Assembly (NCBI GenBank): GCA_029838215.1
Contig: JALGVI010000003.1
Span: 32,001-96,000, forward strand
Length of the DNA: 64,000 nt
DNA from: Candidatus Helarchaeota archaeon
Lineage (GTDB): Archaea; Asgardarchaeota; Lokiarchaeia; Helarchaeales; RDOG01
Direction of reading: 5' to 3'
Shown here: positions 18,633 to 28,592 of the stretch, in pieces
Layout of the letters: each line of letters opens with the position of its first letter
How positions within the stretch are numbered: the first letter of the stretch is position 1
The notes under the pieces: model-generated
What the model saw: only the letters and a program-made list of their open reading frames with translations
The model's database searches: none
Told to the model about the DNA's origin: nothing
Translations under genes and position numbers: made by a program

Positions 18633-19694
18633 TTGGAAGTATATTGCATTTTAGTACCAAAGAATCTGGGTGAAATTGTTCGTAAAGAAGTATTGCAAGA
18701 GGGTCTGTTACACGCTACTCTAAAAATCAAGCCGAAGGGTGAAAAACTTTTAATCCCATTGAAATCTGCTCCTGCTGACGATCTAAAGAATAATCTCCAA
18801 AAAATATCTCCTGAAATTTCCTTTGTTAAAGAAAAAATGGAAATTCCTATTACTAATAAACAAAAATCCTTTAGAGACTTACTGAAAGATAAATTACCTC
18901 CTGAAAAAAATGCATTCATTCCACGTTCATTTGACATCATTGGAAATATTGGCATCCTTGAAGTTCCTGATGATTTAAAACCTCACGCAAGAGTATTGGC
19001 AGAAACGCTAATGACACGGATTCCTCACTTGAAATCTGTCTACGAAAAGGCAGGAATCGTTGAGGGCAAATATAGAACAAGAAGGTTCAACTTTTTGGCG
19101 GGAATCGATGATCCCGTGACAATCCACAAGGAAAATCACTGTCAATTCAAAGTAAACATGATGAAAGTCTATTTCAATCCACGTCTAAGTACAGAACGCG
19201 CACGTATTACATCAATGATACATCCAAATGAAGTGGTTCTCGATCTTTTTGCTGGGGTTGGTCCCTTTTCGATACAGATCGCAAAAAAAGGTGCAATTGT
19301 TCACGCAATCGACATTAATCCCGATGCCGTGGAATTACTTAAACAAAACATTTTACTGAATAAAGTCGAGAACCACGTGGTGCCCCACCTTGGTGATGCA
19401 CGGGAGATCGTTCCTGAAAAACTCCGCGGAAAATTCGATTTCGTCATAATGAACCTTCCAAAGGAAGCAATCAAGCATCTTGACATCGCAACCATGTCCC
19501 TGAAAAAAAACGGAGGAACGATTTTTCTCTATCATGAAGTTAACGATGAAGAAAATATGGATGATTTAATAAAAAAGCTTTTAGATCCCGTAAAAAAACA
19601 TGGTTTTATTAACGCACGCGTGAACTCCGCGAAAAAAGTCCACAATCTTGCTCCATATCGATGGCAAAAATGCTTTGAGATTATCGTTTCATAA
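18633..19694 (+). CDS. trm5: tRNA (guanine-37-N1)-methyltransferase Trm5
   Basis: FDIIGNIGI, KENHCQFKV...KVYFNPRLSTER, DLFAGVGPF and MNLPK (the NLPK motif is typical of the m1G37-only type). Confidence 0.9.
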   Translation: MEVYCILVPKNLGEIVRKEVLQEGLLHATLKIKPKGEKLLIPLKSAPADDLKNNLQKISPEISFVKEKMEIPITNKQKSFRDLLKDKLPPEKNAFIPRSFDIIGNIGILEVPDDLKPHARVLAETLMTRIPHLKSVYEKAGIVEGKYRTRRFNFLAGIDDPVTIHKENHCQFKVNMMKVYFNPRLSTERARITSMIHPNEVVLDLFAGVGPFSIQIAKKGAIVHAIDINPDAVELLKQNILLNKVENHVVPHLGDAREIVPEKLRGKFDFVIMNLPKEAIKHLDIATMSLKKNGGTIFLYHEVNDEENMDDLIKKLLDPVKKHGFINARVNSAKKVHNLAPYRWQKCFEIIVS

Positions 19695-20123
19695 AAGTTC
19701 CAGAATCGTGAATTCGCATTCTAATCTTGTATCAGGGTTTTTCAATAATTGAATGAAATCTCTCGGCAAATCTTTGGCGGCCTTGTCAGCCCAGATCATG
19801 ACTGTTCGAGGACACGTGAAAAAACTTTTCCTGATGACAATATCTGTAGGGTGTGCATATGACAGGTTAGGATCTCCTTTACCAGTGATCACGACTTCCC
19901 TATCTTCAATTCGTAAATTGCATTGAATGTATCTTTCCTCTTTTGCAAGTCGTTTAAAATCTTTGTTAAAATCCTTTAATGCTTTCGTGGCTTTAACTCC
20001 AATTATGCAATCTCCTTGAAGCGTCAGGTCACTATCTTTTGTCATTTCGATTGTCGTGGGATGTTCTCCCAAAACATTAACGTGTCCATTGCATTCAAGT
20101 TTTTCAACCGCTAAGATTTTCAA
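19689..20123 (-). CDS. DUF371-domain protein
   Basis: GHVNV...HPTTIEMTKD..LT..GDCIIGV and IVIRKS..TCPRT...ADKAAKDLPR motifs. Confidence 0.88.
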   Translation of the reverse strand: MKILAVEKLECNGHVNVLGEHPTTIEMTKDSDLTLQGDCIIGVKATKALKDFNKDFKRLAKEERYIQCNLRIEDREVVITGKGDPNLSYAHPTDIVIRKSFFTCPRTVMIWADKAAKDLPRDFIQLLKNPDTRLECEFTILELL

Positions 20124-20247
20124 CTATACTCCCCATCTTTTTTTGTCTGGATGATCTATGAAGTTTTTGCTTAAATGCTTGTCGTTGGCTCTGCCGATAT
20201 TGAACAGGACGGAAGTTGGGAAATTCAAAAAAATAAAAATCGATTTT

Positions 20248-20919
20248 TCAACTTTGAAATCCGTGCTCTCCTATTAGTGGAACGAATGCAACACCGCCTT
20301 TATTTTTTCGCACGATTTTTTCTCCATGCCGCTCAACTAACACGAGTTCCTGATACATTTTTTGTTTTCCCACGGGAATGATTAGTTTTCCCTTATCAGC
20401 AAGTTGTTTTTCGAGAGGAGGAGGAACTATTGGACCTGCAGCCGTGACGATAATTCTATCATATGGTGCCTTTTCGGGATATCCTAAAGTACCATCACCC
20501 AAGATGACTGTTACTCTCTCTCCATAGCCGTTTCTTTCTAGGTTCTCACGTGCAAATTCAACAAGCTCCGGCTTGCGTTCAATGGTATAAACATGACCTC
20601 TTATAGAAGCACCTTCTGGACAAGCGAGTTCCGCAAAAAAAGCCGCGTTGTATCCCGATCCCGCTCCGATTTCCAATATTTTATGCCCTGCCTGAATTTC
20701 TAAAAGCTCTGCATAGATAAAGGAAATGTGCGGTGCAGAGATGGTTTGTCCGTGTCCAATCTGTAAGGGCGTATCCCTATACGCCTTATCTCTTTGATTT
20801 TCTGGAAGAAAATTCTCACGCGGAACTTTTAAGAATGCCTGACATACTTTCTCGGTTTTTGCGGTGCCTGAATGTCGATACCGTTTTAATAAGTTGAGTT
20901 TTTCTTCTTCGATTTCCAT
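20248..20919 (-). CDS. pcm: Protein-L-isoaspartate O-methyltransferase
   Basis: VPRENF, GQTISAPH, LEIGAGSGYNAA, GDGTLGY...APYDRIIVTAA and FVPLIG. Start at MEIEEE (20919) is preferred over 20985. Confidence 0.95.
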   Translation of the reverse strand: MEIEEEKLNLLKRYRHSGTAKTEKVCQAFLKVPRENFLPENQRDKAYRDTPLQIGHGQTISAPHISFIYAELLEIQAGHKILEIGAGSGYNAAFFAELACPEGASIRGHVYTIERKPELVEFARENLERNGYGERVTVILGDGTLGYPEKAPYDRIIVTAAGPIVPPPLEKQLADKGKLIIPVGKQKMYQELVLVERHGEKIVRKNKGGVAFVPLIGEHGFQS

Positions 20920-20977
20920 CCGCTTCCTTATTTCGACCGATCGTGAATGCTTAAATTTAAAATGATAAAATATCCTT

Positions 20978-21015
20978 TTTTGCATGCAAAATGGATCTTA
21001 ATCATTCATGCATGA
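20978..21015. promoter_or_regulatory. Two TGCATG-core palindromes in the divergent pcm / sugar dehydrogenase promoter
   Basis: TTTTGCATGCAAAA (20978-20991) and TCATGCATGA (21006-21015). Confidence 0.35.
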
Positions 21016-21082
21016 TAAAGAAATACGTAATAAACAAAATTAAATATTCTCATGGTTTCTTTTCAAGATGTAAAAAATCGCT

Positions 21083-22489
21083 TTGTTTGGAGACTTTTAC
21101 TTGAAGATATTAGACTTGTCACGTGATGAAATCATCCGGGCTGCCAAAAAGGGTGAAGTGACGCTAGCGGTTTTTGGAGCCGGCAAGTTAGGATTACCTG
21201 TTGCACTGGCTTTTGCAAATGCAGGATTAAATGTCATTGCAGTAGATTTAAATCAAAGTATTGTTGATAAAATCAATCATGGAGAAAATCCGCACGTATT
21301 TGAACCTAGAATGGATTCAATTCTTCAAAAATGCGTGAAAAAACGAAGGATAAAAGCAACTACGGACCCCGTCCTTGCTTCCAAGAGTTCGGATGTTAAG
21401 ATGATCTTGATTCCGACCGTCACGGATGAGAATCACCAATTGGATTTAGGACCGTTAAAAAGCGCATTGGAATCAATAGGAAAAGGTCTTTCAAAGGGAG
21501 ATATCGTGATACTCGAAAGCACGGTGCCACCGGGAACGACCGAAAGTTTCGTCAGGAATGAATTGGAATCGGTATCTGGCTTGAAAGCGGGAAGCGATTT
21601 TGGCTTATCTTTTAGTCCTGAAAGAGTTTCTTCCGGTCAGATCCTTAAAAATTTAATTGAGGATTATCCTAAAATCGTAAGCGGAATCGATAAACGAACA
21701 ACTGAAGCTGTTGCTGCATTTTATGCGGTTGTCGTGAAAAATAAAATCATTAAAGTATCGAATCTAAGGACTGCCGAAGCCATTAAAGTATTCAAGGGAA
21801 TTTATCGGGATGTAAATATCGCTCTTGCCAATGAATTTGCGAAAATTGCTGATGACCTTAATATCGACGTTATAGAAGTCATTCACGCCGCCAATACCGA
21901 ACCATATAGCCACATACATCTTCCAGGAGCAGGTGTAGGGGGACATTGCATTCCCGTGTATCCTTATTTCATCATGAATTTAGCCGAACTTAAAGGAAAA
22001 ACAATGCCGAAATTAACACGAATTGCTCGAGATATAAATGAATCAATGCCTTTATACACGATTTCATTAGCTAAAGAGGCACTCAAGGCAATTAATAAAA
22101 ATTATGAAACGTCCAAAATCTCGATTCTGGGATTAACATACAGGGGTGGTATCAAAGAAACACGGAACGTTCCTGCTTTTGACATCATTGACCACTTGAA
22201 GGCGAATCAAATTGATTTCAAGGTATTTGATCCCGTCTTGACACCATCAGAGAGCAAGATCATTTTTGACATTGACGCTGAAGAAACTTTGGAAGCGGCT
22301 TGCAAGGGGCGAGACGTGCTCATTTTTCTAACGGATCATGACGAATTTAAGAAAATTGACTTGAAATGGCTTGCTAATTTAATGAATTCGCCCGGAATCA
22401 TTATTGACGGTCGACAAATTTTCGAACCGGTTAAAGTTCAGGAAGCGGGTCTGCGCTATAAGGGAATTGGACGAATTCAAAATCAATGA
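21083..22489 (+). CDS. Nucleotide-sugar dehydrogenase (UDP-ManNAc/GlcNAc dehydrogenase, WecC-like)
   Basis: GAGKLG, ESTVPPGTT, SPER, YRDVNIALANE and catalytic GVGGHCIP motifs. Confidence 0.92.
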   Translation: MFGDFYLKILDLSRDEIIRAAKKGEVTLAVFGAGKLGLPVALAFANAGLNVIAVDLNQSIVDKINHGENPHVFEPRMDSILQKCVKKRRIKATTDPVLASKSSDVKMILIPTVTDENHQLDLGPLKSALESIGKGLSKGDIVILESTVPPGTTESFVRNELESVSGLKAGSDFGLSFSPERVSSGQILKNLIEDYPKIVSGIDKRTTEAVAAFYAVVVKNKIIKVSNLRTAEAIKVFKGIYRDVNIALANEFAKIADDLNIDVIEVIHAANTEPYSHIHLPGAGVGGHCIPVYPYFIMNLAELKGKTMPKLTRIARDINESMPLYTISLAKEALKAINKNYETSKISILGLTYRGGIKETRNVPAFDIIDHLKANQIDFKVFDPVLTPSESKIIFDIDAEETLEAACKGRDVLIFLTDHDEFKKIDLKWLANLMNSPGIIIDGRQIFEPVKVQEAGLRYKGIGRIQNQ

Positions 22490-22555
22490 AACGGCAATTA
22501 AAATAAATTTTTATTTCGCCGTTTACAATTAATATGTATCGTAAACGGAGATAAA

Positions 22556-22867
22556 TTGATGAAAAACATCGCCTCTCGCATCCACAAAGAATTAGAAGCA
22601 GACATTGAGGAATTCATGAAAGAAAGAGGGTTGGATAAATCGTCGGCAATTAGAATAATACTACAAATAGGAATAGCCGAGTGGAAAAAAAACAGGGCAA
22701 TTGAGTTATATAAGATTAAAAGGATTACTTTATGGAAGGCTTCTCAAATGGCTGGTCTTTCTCTCAGAGAAATAATCGAAGAATTAAATCGCCGAAAAAT
22801 CCCGATAAACGTTACAACTCAGGAAATTATTGAAGACATAAAAGCTGCTAGTGAGGCAGAATCGTAA
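22556..22867 (+). CDS. UPF0175-family antitoxin (RHH-like N-terminus)
   Basis: RAIELY...ITLWKASQMAGLSLREIIEELNRRKIP. Overlaps the DUF3368 gene. Confidence 0.85.
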   Translation: MMKNIASRIHKELEADIEEFMKERGLDKSSAIRIILQIGIAEWKKNRAIELYKIKRITLWKASQMAGLSLREIIEELNRRKIPINVTTQEIIEDIKAASEAES

Positions 22868-23423
22868 GTTGCAAAAAGCGAAGAAATCTAAAAAATCATT
22901 TATATTAAATGCCACTCCTTTGATATTTCTTTCAAAAATTGGTTTTTCAAGCATTTTGAATGAATTCAAAGAAGAAAAGTTCACGACTCCGTTAGTTAAA
23001 GAAGAAGTCGTGACTAAAAGAAAGGAAATTGGTGTCCCGGATGCGGTTGTCATCGAAGCAATGATAAAAAATGGCATTTTGAAAGTTAGGACACCGACAC
23101 AAAATGATTTCATCAATGTATTAAGGCAAGTTCCAGAGCTCCACGAAGCAGAAATTCAAGTTCTTGCTTTAACAAAAGAAATTAATGGGATAGCGATCTT
23201 AGATGATACAGTCGCCAGACAAGCTGCCATTGTATTCGAAATTGAAGTTCATGGAACTGCATATTTACTTTTAAGACAATATTTCATGGGTTTTTTATCA
23301 AAAAAGCAAACAATCACTGCATTAAACAAGATGATTTCTGTTGGATGGTGGATTTCAGCTGGTGAATATGTGAAAATATTAGAAGAACTCGATGACGATG
23401 AATATATTCATAAAAATTTATAA
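22851..23423 (+). CDS. DUF3368 PIN-like toxin
   Basis: NATPLIFLSKIG, LHEAEIQVLAL, ILDDTVAR and EVHGTAYLL motifs. Confidence 0.85.
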   Translation: MRQNRKLQKAKKSKKSFILNATPLIFLSKIGFSSILNEFKEEKFTTPLVKEEVVTKRKEIGVPDAVVIEAMIKNGILKVRTPTQNDFINVLRQVPELHEAEIQVLALTKEINGIAILDDTVARQAAIVFEIEVHGTAYLLLRQYFMGFLSKKQTITALNKMISVGWWISAGEYVKILEELDDDEYIHKNL

Positions 23424-23480
23424 ACTTGAGTCTTGAATTCAATTTAATTAATTCAAATAAAGCAAAAGAACTGATTTTTT

Positions 23481-24548
23481 ATGGTTAGAACCGGCGTTAT
23501 ATATGATGATTTATATCTAAACCACGAAACAGGTTCTCATGTTGAGAGTAAAGAGCGCTTGATTGAAACAAAGAAGTTGTTTGAAGAAAATAAAATCTTT
23601 CAAAAAGATGGAATTGTTCATGTCAAGCCCGATCCTGCACCATTAGACGTGATCAAGCTAGTTCATCACGATTATTATATCGAAAAAGTGAAGGATCGTT
23701 GTGAGGCTGGTGGAGGCTGGTTAGATGGCGATACAATCACGTCTCGAGATTCCTATGAAACTGCATTGTTTGCAGTTGGTGGACTTACAAAAGCTGCGGA
23801 CCTGATAATGTCAAAAGAAATTAATAATGCATTTGGGGCTGTGCGTCCTCCTGGGCATCATGCTGGGGAAGGTGCTGCACGAGGTTTTTGTCTCTTTAAC
23901 AATGTCGCAATTCTCGCCCGATATTTACTCAAGAGATATGATGAAATCCAGAAGGTTCTCATCGTTGATCATGATGTTCATGCGGGGAATGGAACCTCGT
24001 ATACTTTTTACAATCAGCCTGAAGTTCTCTTATTCAACTTGCATCAGCATCCCCAGACTTTATATCCCGGGACGTGCTATTTAGACGAAATCGGAGAAGA
24101 TAAAGGGAAAGGCTATAATGTCAACATGACAGTCATGCCTGGAACATCCGACATGGAATATATCAATCTAATTGAAGAATTGCTCATTCCTATTGCTTCT
24201 CAATTTGAACCTGATTTCGTGCTTGTTTCTGCAGGGTTTGATGCTCATCACAGCGATCCTTTAGCAAGCGTTAATCTCACATTAAATGGATTTAAAGAAA
24301 TTATCCAGCGCGTGAATGAAATTGCGAAAAAGCACTGTAACGGAAGACTGATGATCACGTTAGAAGGCGGCTATAATCTCAACGCGGTCTCGAAGGGCAT
24401 TCTAACAGAAGTTTGTGTATTAAACGGTCTGTCTGATTTTGAGTTTGATGACAAGAAAATCACGGCTTCTTCGCAAATTCAAAGTTATAATTTAAAACTA
24501 ATTCAAGAGGCAAAAGATCTCTTTAAACCCTTTTGGACTTTCAAATAA
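23481..24548 (+). CDS. Histone deacetylase-family (class II-like) Zn amidohydrolase
   Basis: RPPGHHA, GFCLFNNVA, DHDVHAGNGT, SAGFDAH and LEGGY motifs. Confidence 0.95.
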   Translation: MVRTGVIYDDLYLNHETGSHVESKERLIETKKLFEENKIFQKDGIVHVKPDPAPLDVIKLVHHDYYIEKVKDRCEAGGGWLDGDTITSRDSYETALFAVGGLTKAADLIMSKEINNAFGAVRPPGHHAGEGAARGFCLFNNVAILARYLLKRYDEIQKVLIVDHDVHAGNGTSYTFYNQPEVLLFNLHQHPQTLYPGTCYLDEIGEDKGKGYNVNMTVMPGTSDMEYINLIEELLIPIASQFEPDFVLVSAGFDAHHSDPLASVNLTLNGFKEIIQRVNEIAKKHCNGRLMITLEGGYNLNAVSKGILTEVCVLNGLSDFEFDDKKITASSQIQSYNLKLIQEAKDLFKPFWTFK

Positions 24549-25710
24549 TATCTTTCTTTCTTTTTTCAAACAATTGCCTAATTATTCTTTTGCTTTCAAA
24601 TTGAAATGCTTTTAGAGTAGGTTTCGGGTCTGTCCACCACAAGTTCGATTTTGTTTTCGGATTTAAACAATCAAGCAAGACATCCCAGATTGCTTTTGGA
24701 TTGTCAATGACATGGATGGCTTCACCACTCAAAGGCCAATGATATCTTAAATTCACTCGATAGTCTTTTGAAAACGGTATATTTTTCCCCAAAGCATTAT
24801 TGACTGCAAGCACGGGAAAATTGACTCCACTTGCTATTGCCAACTCCAAAGATCCCCAAAATTTGGCATTTATTTCCATTAAATAAAGTTGCTTGGTCTT
24901 GAAATCACGCTTGAATTCCACCATTGCGATCCCGTCCCATTGTAATGCATCTAGGAGTTTTTTACCCGCTTCCATCAAATCTTCCTCATAGATGCTTTCT
25001 GCACAACAACTCGCGCCTCCTGATGCGGGAAATTCCCTAATCCTACGATGCATGAAAATGCGCTTGCATTTTCCTTTCTGATACAAAGCAAAGAAACCAC
25101 ATCCCTGTCCACTGACATATTGCTGAATGAGTGGAAAATGCGTGTTAAAACTCGGATCATTACCTATAGACTCTTCAAGACTCTTCAATAGGTGTTTTTT
25201 GGTCATTGCATAAATTGGCTTAGCTTTAAATAATTCATGCCTCCCTTTTACCACGAGTGGAAATTTAAATTCATCCAAGTGATCCTTTACTTCTTCAATT
25301 GATTTTAAATCCCATGTTTTCGGCGCAGTAATGCCTTGTCTGATTGCGAGTGAAATCGTAGCAGATTTGTCAAAGCATTTTTCTAACTTGCTTAAAGAGG
25401 GAAATGGTAACCGTGCATGTTTTTCAATTTCTTTTTTGTATTCGGCAAGAAAATAAACCGACCGTCCGCCAATGGGTAAAATTACTTCATAATCTGATCG
25501 TTCAAGGAATTTAAGAAAATTTTTCAAGTAATTCTCATTGAAAAAGGACTGATCATACGTGATTTTTGAAAAGAAACGTGAGAATCTCGTCAGGCTGTTT
25601 TTAAAACCAATGCCATCGACTTGGAACCCTGCTTTATTTAATGCACGTGCTGCTCCTAAAGCGTGCTTATAATTTGCATCCGTGATCAATACTTTTTTTC
25701 GTGTTGTCAT
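24541..25710 (-). CDS. ATP-grasp carboxylate-amine ligase
   Basis: FPLVVKG, IQQYVSG, IREFPASGGAS, MVEFK and LMEINAKFWGS motifs. Confidence 0.88.
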   Translation of the reverse strand: MTTRKKVLITDANYKHALGAARALNKAGFQVDGIGFKNSLTRFSRFFSKITYDQSFFNENYLKNFLKFLERSDYEVILPIGGRSVYFLAEYKKEIEKHARLPFPSLSKLEKCFDKSATISLAIRQGITAPKTWDLKSIEEVKDHLDEFKFPLVVKGRHELFKAKPIYAMTKKHLLKSLEESIGNDPSFNTHFPLIQQYVSGQGCGFFALYQKGKCKRIFMHRRIREFPASGGASCCAESIYEEDLMEAGKKLLDALQWDGIAMVEFKRDFKTKQLYLMEINAKFWGSLELAIASGVNFPVLAVNNALGKNIPFSKDYRVNLRYHWPLSGEAIHVIDNPKAIWDVLLDCLNPKTKSNLWWTDPKPTLKAFQFESKRIIRQLFEKRKKDII

Positions 25711-25713
25711 TTT

Positions 25714-26232
25714 TTAACTCATCATTTTTAATAGATGGCCCGCTTCCTTGAGTATGATCTGTTCAAGAGCCAGCTTTACGGCATTTGGTGATCCCGGCAG
25801 GCAAAAAATTACCTTTCCCTTGTACGTGCCTGCAAGTGCCCTTGAAAGCATGCTGGCAGTTCCAATTTCTTTATAGCTCAGGTAACGAAAGAGCTCTCCA
25901 AATCCATTAATTTCCTTCTCAAGAAATGGTCGAATGGATTCAATGGTAACATCTCGCGGGTTAATTCCTGTTCCTCCTGAAAAAATTAGAATTTCTATCG
26001 TATTCATTAAGGGATTTTGAAGTATCTTTTTTATTTTTTCTTTTTCATCAGGAACAATTTCGAACCATGCAAGTTCTTGCTTATCTTCCTCCAGAATTTG
26101 CCGAACTTTTGGAATAGTTTCATCCGTAAGTTGTTTTCCCTGTTTCAATTCAAGATAACGAGAGTCACTTACTATGACCAAGCCATATCTAATGGTCTTC
26201 TTCACATTCTTTTTATGTTTCAAGTGAACCAT
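25714..26232 (-). CDS. moaB: Molybdopterin adenylyltransferase MoaB
   Basis: SGGTGINPRDVTIE, GFGELFR, LSRALAG and FCLPGSPNAV motifs. Confidence 0.93.
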   Translation of the reverse strand: MVHLKHKKNVKKTIRYGLVIVSDSRYLELKQGKQLTDETIPKVRQILEEDKQELAWFEIVPDEKEKIKKILQNPLMNTIEILIFSGGTGINPRDVTIESIRPFLEKEINGFGELFRYLSYKEIGTASMLSRALAGTYKGKVIFCLPGSPNAVKLALEQIILKEAGHLLKMMS

Positions 26233-26253
26233 TTCGTGCTACTCCGGTTCTTT

Positions 26254-26706
26254 TTAAAGATCCTGCTTGATTTTTTCAATAACCAAGATGTCCGAAATTT
26301 TGGTATTGGGATATTGTCCATTTTCGTCCTTTTCTAAATATTTTGTCATGTCCCAAATCGTTAGGAGCGCGATCTCTACTCCCATGAGAGCCTCTAATTC
26401 AACTCCTGTCTTGGCAATTGCTTTTACTTCTACAAAAACATTGATGAATTTCTCTTCAATTTCGAAAGAAACATCCACGCTCATGATTGGAATTGGATGT
26501 GCTAAAAAAATAAATGCAGGAGTCTGCTTAACTGCATTCACGGCAGCCAATTCTGCATTCGCCAACACGTCCCCTTTTTTGATTTTATTTTCTTTTATGG
26601 TATTTATTGTCTCTTTCTCTAGAAATATTGTGCCTCTTGCCCGAGCCACTCTTAAAATGTCTTTTTTTTCCGAAATATCAATCATTGAAGTCCGTGACGT
26701 GCGCAT
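26254..26706 (-). CDS. moaC: Cyclic pyranopterin monophosphate synthase MoaC
   Basis: [28 protein letters not shown] and TIWDMTK motifs. Confidence 0.93.
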   Translation of the reverse strand: MRTSRTSMIDISEKKDILRVARARGTIFLEKETINTIKENKIKKGDVLANAELAAVNAVKQTPAFIFLAHPIPIMSVDVSFEIEEKFINVFVEVKAIAKTGVELEALMGVEIALLTIWDMTKYLEKDENGQYPNTKISDILVIEKIKQDL

Positions 26707-26798
26707 GTTTTCCGACCTTTTTTTTCAAATTCTGTTTCCAAAATACATTTTTATAATATCTATTTCTTAATAAACCAAGTTAAATATAATGCTTCGAT

Positions 26799-28592
26799 TT
26801 GTCATGGATCTTTTCGGGGGTTCGAACCCAATTGCAGAAAGTGGCGACGCCGGAAGAAGATAAAGGAAAAGTGATTTTAAAAGTTGCAGCATATGCGAAA
26901 ATAGTTCTTCATTGCTCTCGTTTTGCAAATGCAAAAATACCGAAGGGAAAATGGAAAGAAGTCTATGGATTTCTAGTTGGTACCATCAATGGCGATGATG
27001 TTATTGTCAATGATGCAGTTCCAATGACTCACGGTGGTTCTACTGAAGTAGAGTTTGAAGAAAAGCATTACATTGAAGCTGCCGAATTGGATGCACGATT
27101 AGCCGAAACCGGAAACGATTTTATAGTCGGTTGGTATCACAGTCATCCCGGATTAGACGTATTTTTCTCATGGATAGATGTTCGAAACCACATGGGATTT
27201 CAAGGACCTAATCCTAAAAGTATTGGACTCGTGTTTGATCATACGAAGCTATCCAATCCCGGCGACTTGGGGTTCGAAATATATCGAATCAAGGAAATAT
27301 CTCCTGATTCGGGTTACTATGAAGTGAAGTGGGTAATTCCTGACATGAGCGAGGAAGTGTTTGCTAAGACTTTATTTAATCTTTCCACGCGCTCAACTGA
27401 ACAAAAACCTTTAATTGAAGAATATGGTGAAGATGAAGCAATGGAACTTGTTCCGCTCACACCAGTTCAAACTAAAATAAGTCTGATCGAGCCATCGCAA
27501 CAAATGGAACTTGCTCCTCAAACAAAAGAAACTGAAAAGGCAATTGAGAAGCTCGAAAAAGCTCTTGAATTCAGTAGGAATGAAAAATACGAAAAAGCCG
27601 TGGATCTAGCCATAAGTGCTGTACGGGATTTTGAAAAATTAAATGATATCGGACGTGCTACTGACGCATATGTTCAGATAGGCGGTATTTTTCTAGATTA
27701 TTATGAAAAAAACAAGCAAATTAGAACCGATATTTTCAGTCATAAGCGTGCTCCAACCATCTCTGATGCCGATTCAATGATCAATTTTGCCAAACTGCTT
27801 AACATCACGTCGAAACAGATTGACTTCAATAAAACTGGACTGGAAAATGAAATTAAAGGTGTTTCTGGAGAAATGGTCAGGGTTCTCGATGTCAGGATTC
27901 AAATTGCAAATATTTTAATTGAAGCATCATCTGTTTGCCAAATTTTATCCCGAAATGCGAGAGATAATCGCGATTTAGACGGACAGGTAACCTATCTTAC
28001 AAAAGCGAACAATGCCTTGAGTACAGCACTCATATTTTTAAGGGCAGTTGAAGACCAAAAGGATCTCGTTGAAAGAATTTTTGATTTGGATAAATTAACG
28101 AGTGATATAAGCCAAGCGCAAGCACGCATCCAAGAGTTACACGGATTAAAACAATTCCTTAATGTTAAACACATCGAAGCGGCTAATTTGTTCGCTGGTG
28201 CAGCACGGATTGCTGAAGATGGCTCAAATGCAATCAAGACCGAAAAATTCCAAAAATTATTGCTCGCCTACTCTAAAACACTTCAAGGCAGAGCATATCA
28301 CATGGTTGCTGAAAATGAAAAATACCTAAAAAGAAACATCTGTAAATCCGTCGGCTACTATCGATTGGCTCAAAATTTCTTTGAGGATGCAAGGACGCTA
28401 TATCCTCCCTGGGCAAAGAGCGATATCGATAAAAACCAGGGCTTCTTTAATGAAGTTGAACATCAAATTCAAATAGGATATAAAAAATGCCTTGAAAGTG
28501 GAAAAACTCCCATGGAATTTCCACTGTCAAAAGAGATTGAAATTCCTGGCAAGATTATTTTATCGCAACCGGAACCCTTATTCTTTCCCTAA
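26799..28592 (+). CDS. MPN+/JAMM (Rpn11/CSN5-like) metalloisopeptidase fused to a long helical region
   Basis: KEVYGFLVG (catalytic Glu) and VGWYHSHPGLDVFFSWID (HxH-x7-S-x2-D). The C-terminal ~350 aa have a TPR-like helical pattern. Confidence 0.85.
   Translation: MSWIFSGVRTQLQKVATPEEDKGKVILKVAAYAKIVLHCSRFANAKIPKGKWKEVYGFLVGTINGDDVIVNDAVPMTHGGSTEVEFEEKHYIEAAELDARLAETGNDFIVGWYHSHPGLDVFFSWIDVRNHMGFQGPNPKSIGLVFDHTKLSNPGDLGFEIYRIKEISPDSGYYEVKWVIPDMSEEVFAKTLFNLSTRSTEQKPLIEEYGEDEAMELVPLTPVQTKISLIEPSQQMELAPQTKETEKAIEKLEKALEFSRNEKYEKAVDLAISAVRDFEKLNDIGRATDAYVQIGGIFLDYYEKNKQIRTDIFSHKRAPTISDADSMINFAKLLNITSKQIDFNKTGLENEIKGVSGEMVRVLDVRIQIANILIEASSVCQILSRNARDNRDLDGQVTYLTKANNALSTALIFLRAVEDQKDLVERIFDLDKLTSDISQAQARIQELHGLKQFLNVKHIEAANLFAGAARIAEDGSNAIKTEKFQKLLLAYSKTLQGRAYHMVAENEKYLKRNICKSVGYYRLAQNFFEDARTLYPPWAKSDIDKNQGFFNEVEHQIQIGYKKCLESGKTPMEFPLSKEIEIPGKIILSQPEPLFFP

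Noticed and set aside
18530-19694. tRNA-Arg(TCT) adjacent to trm5 as an enzyme-substrate pair
   Set aside because: This tRNA has A37, not G37, so it is not an m1G37 substrate. The adjacency is probably incidental.
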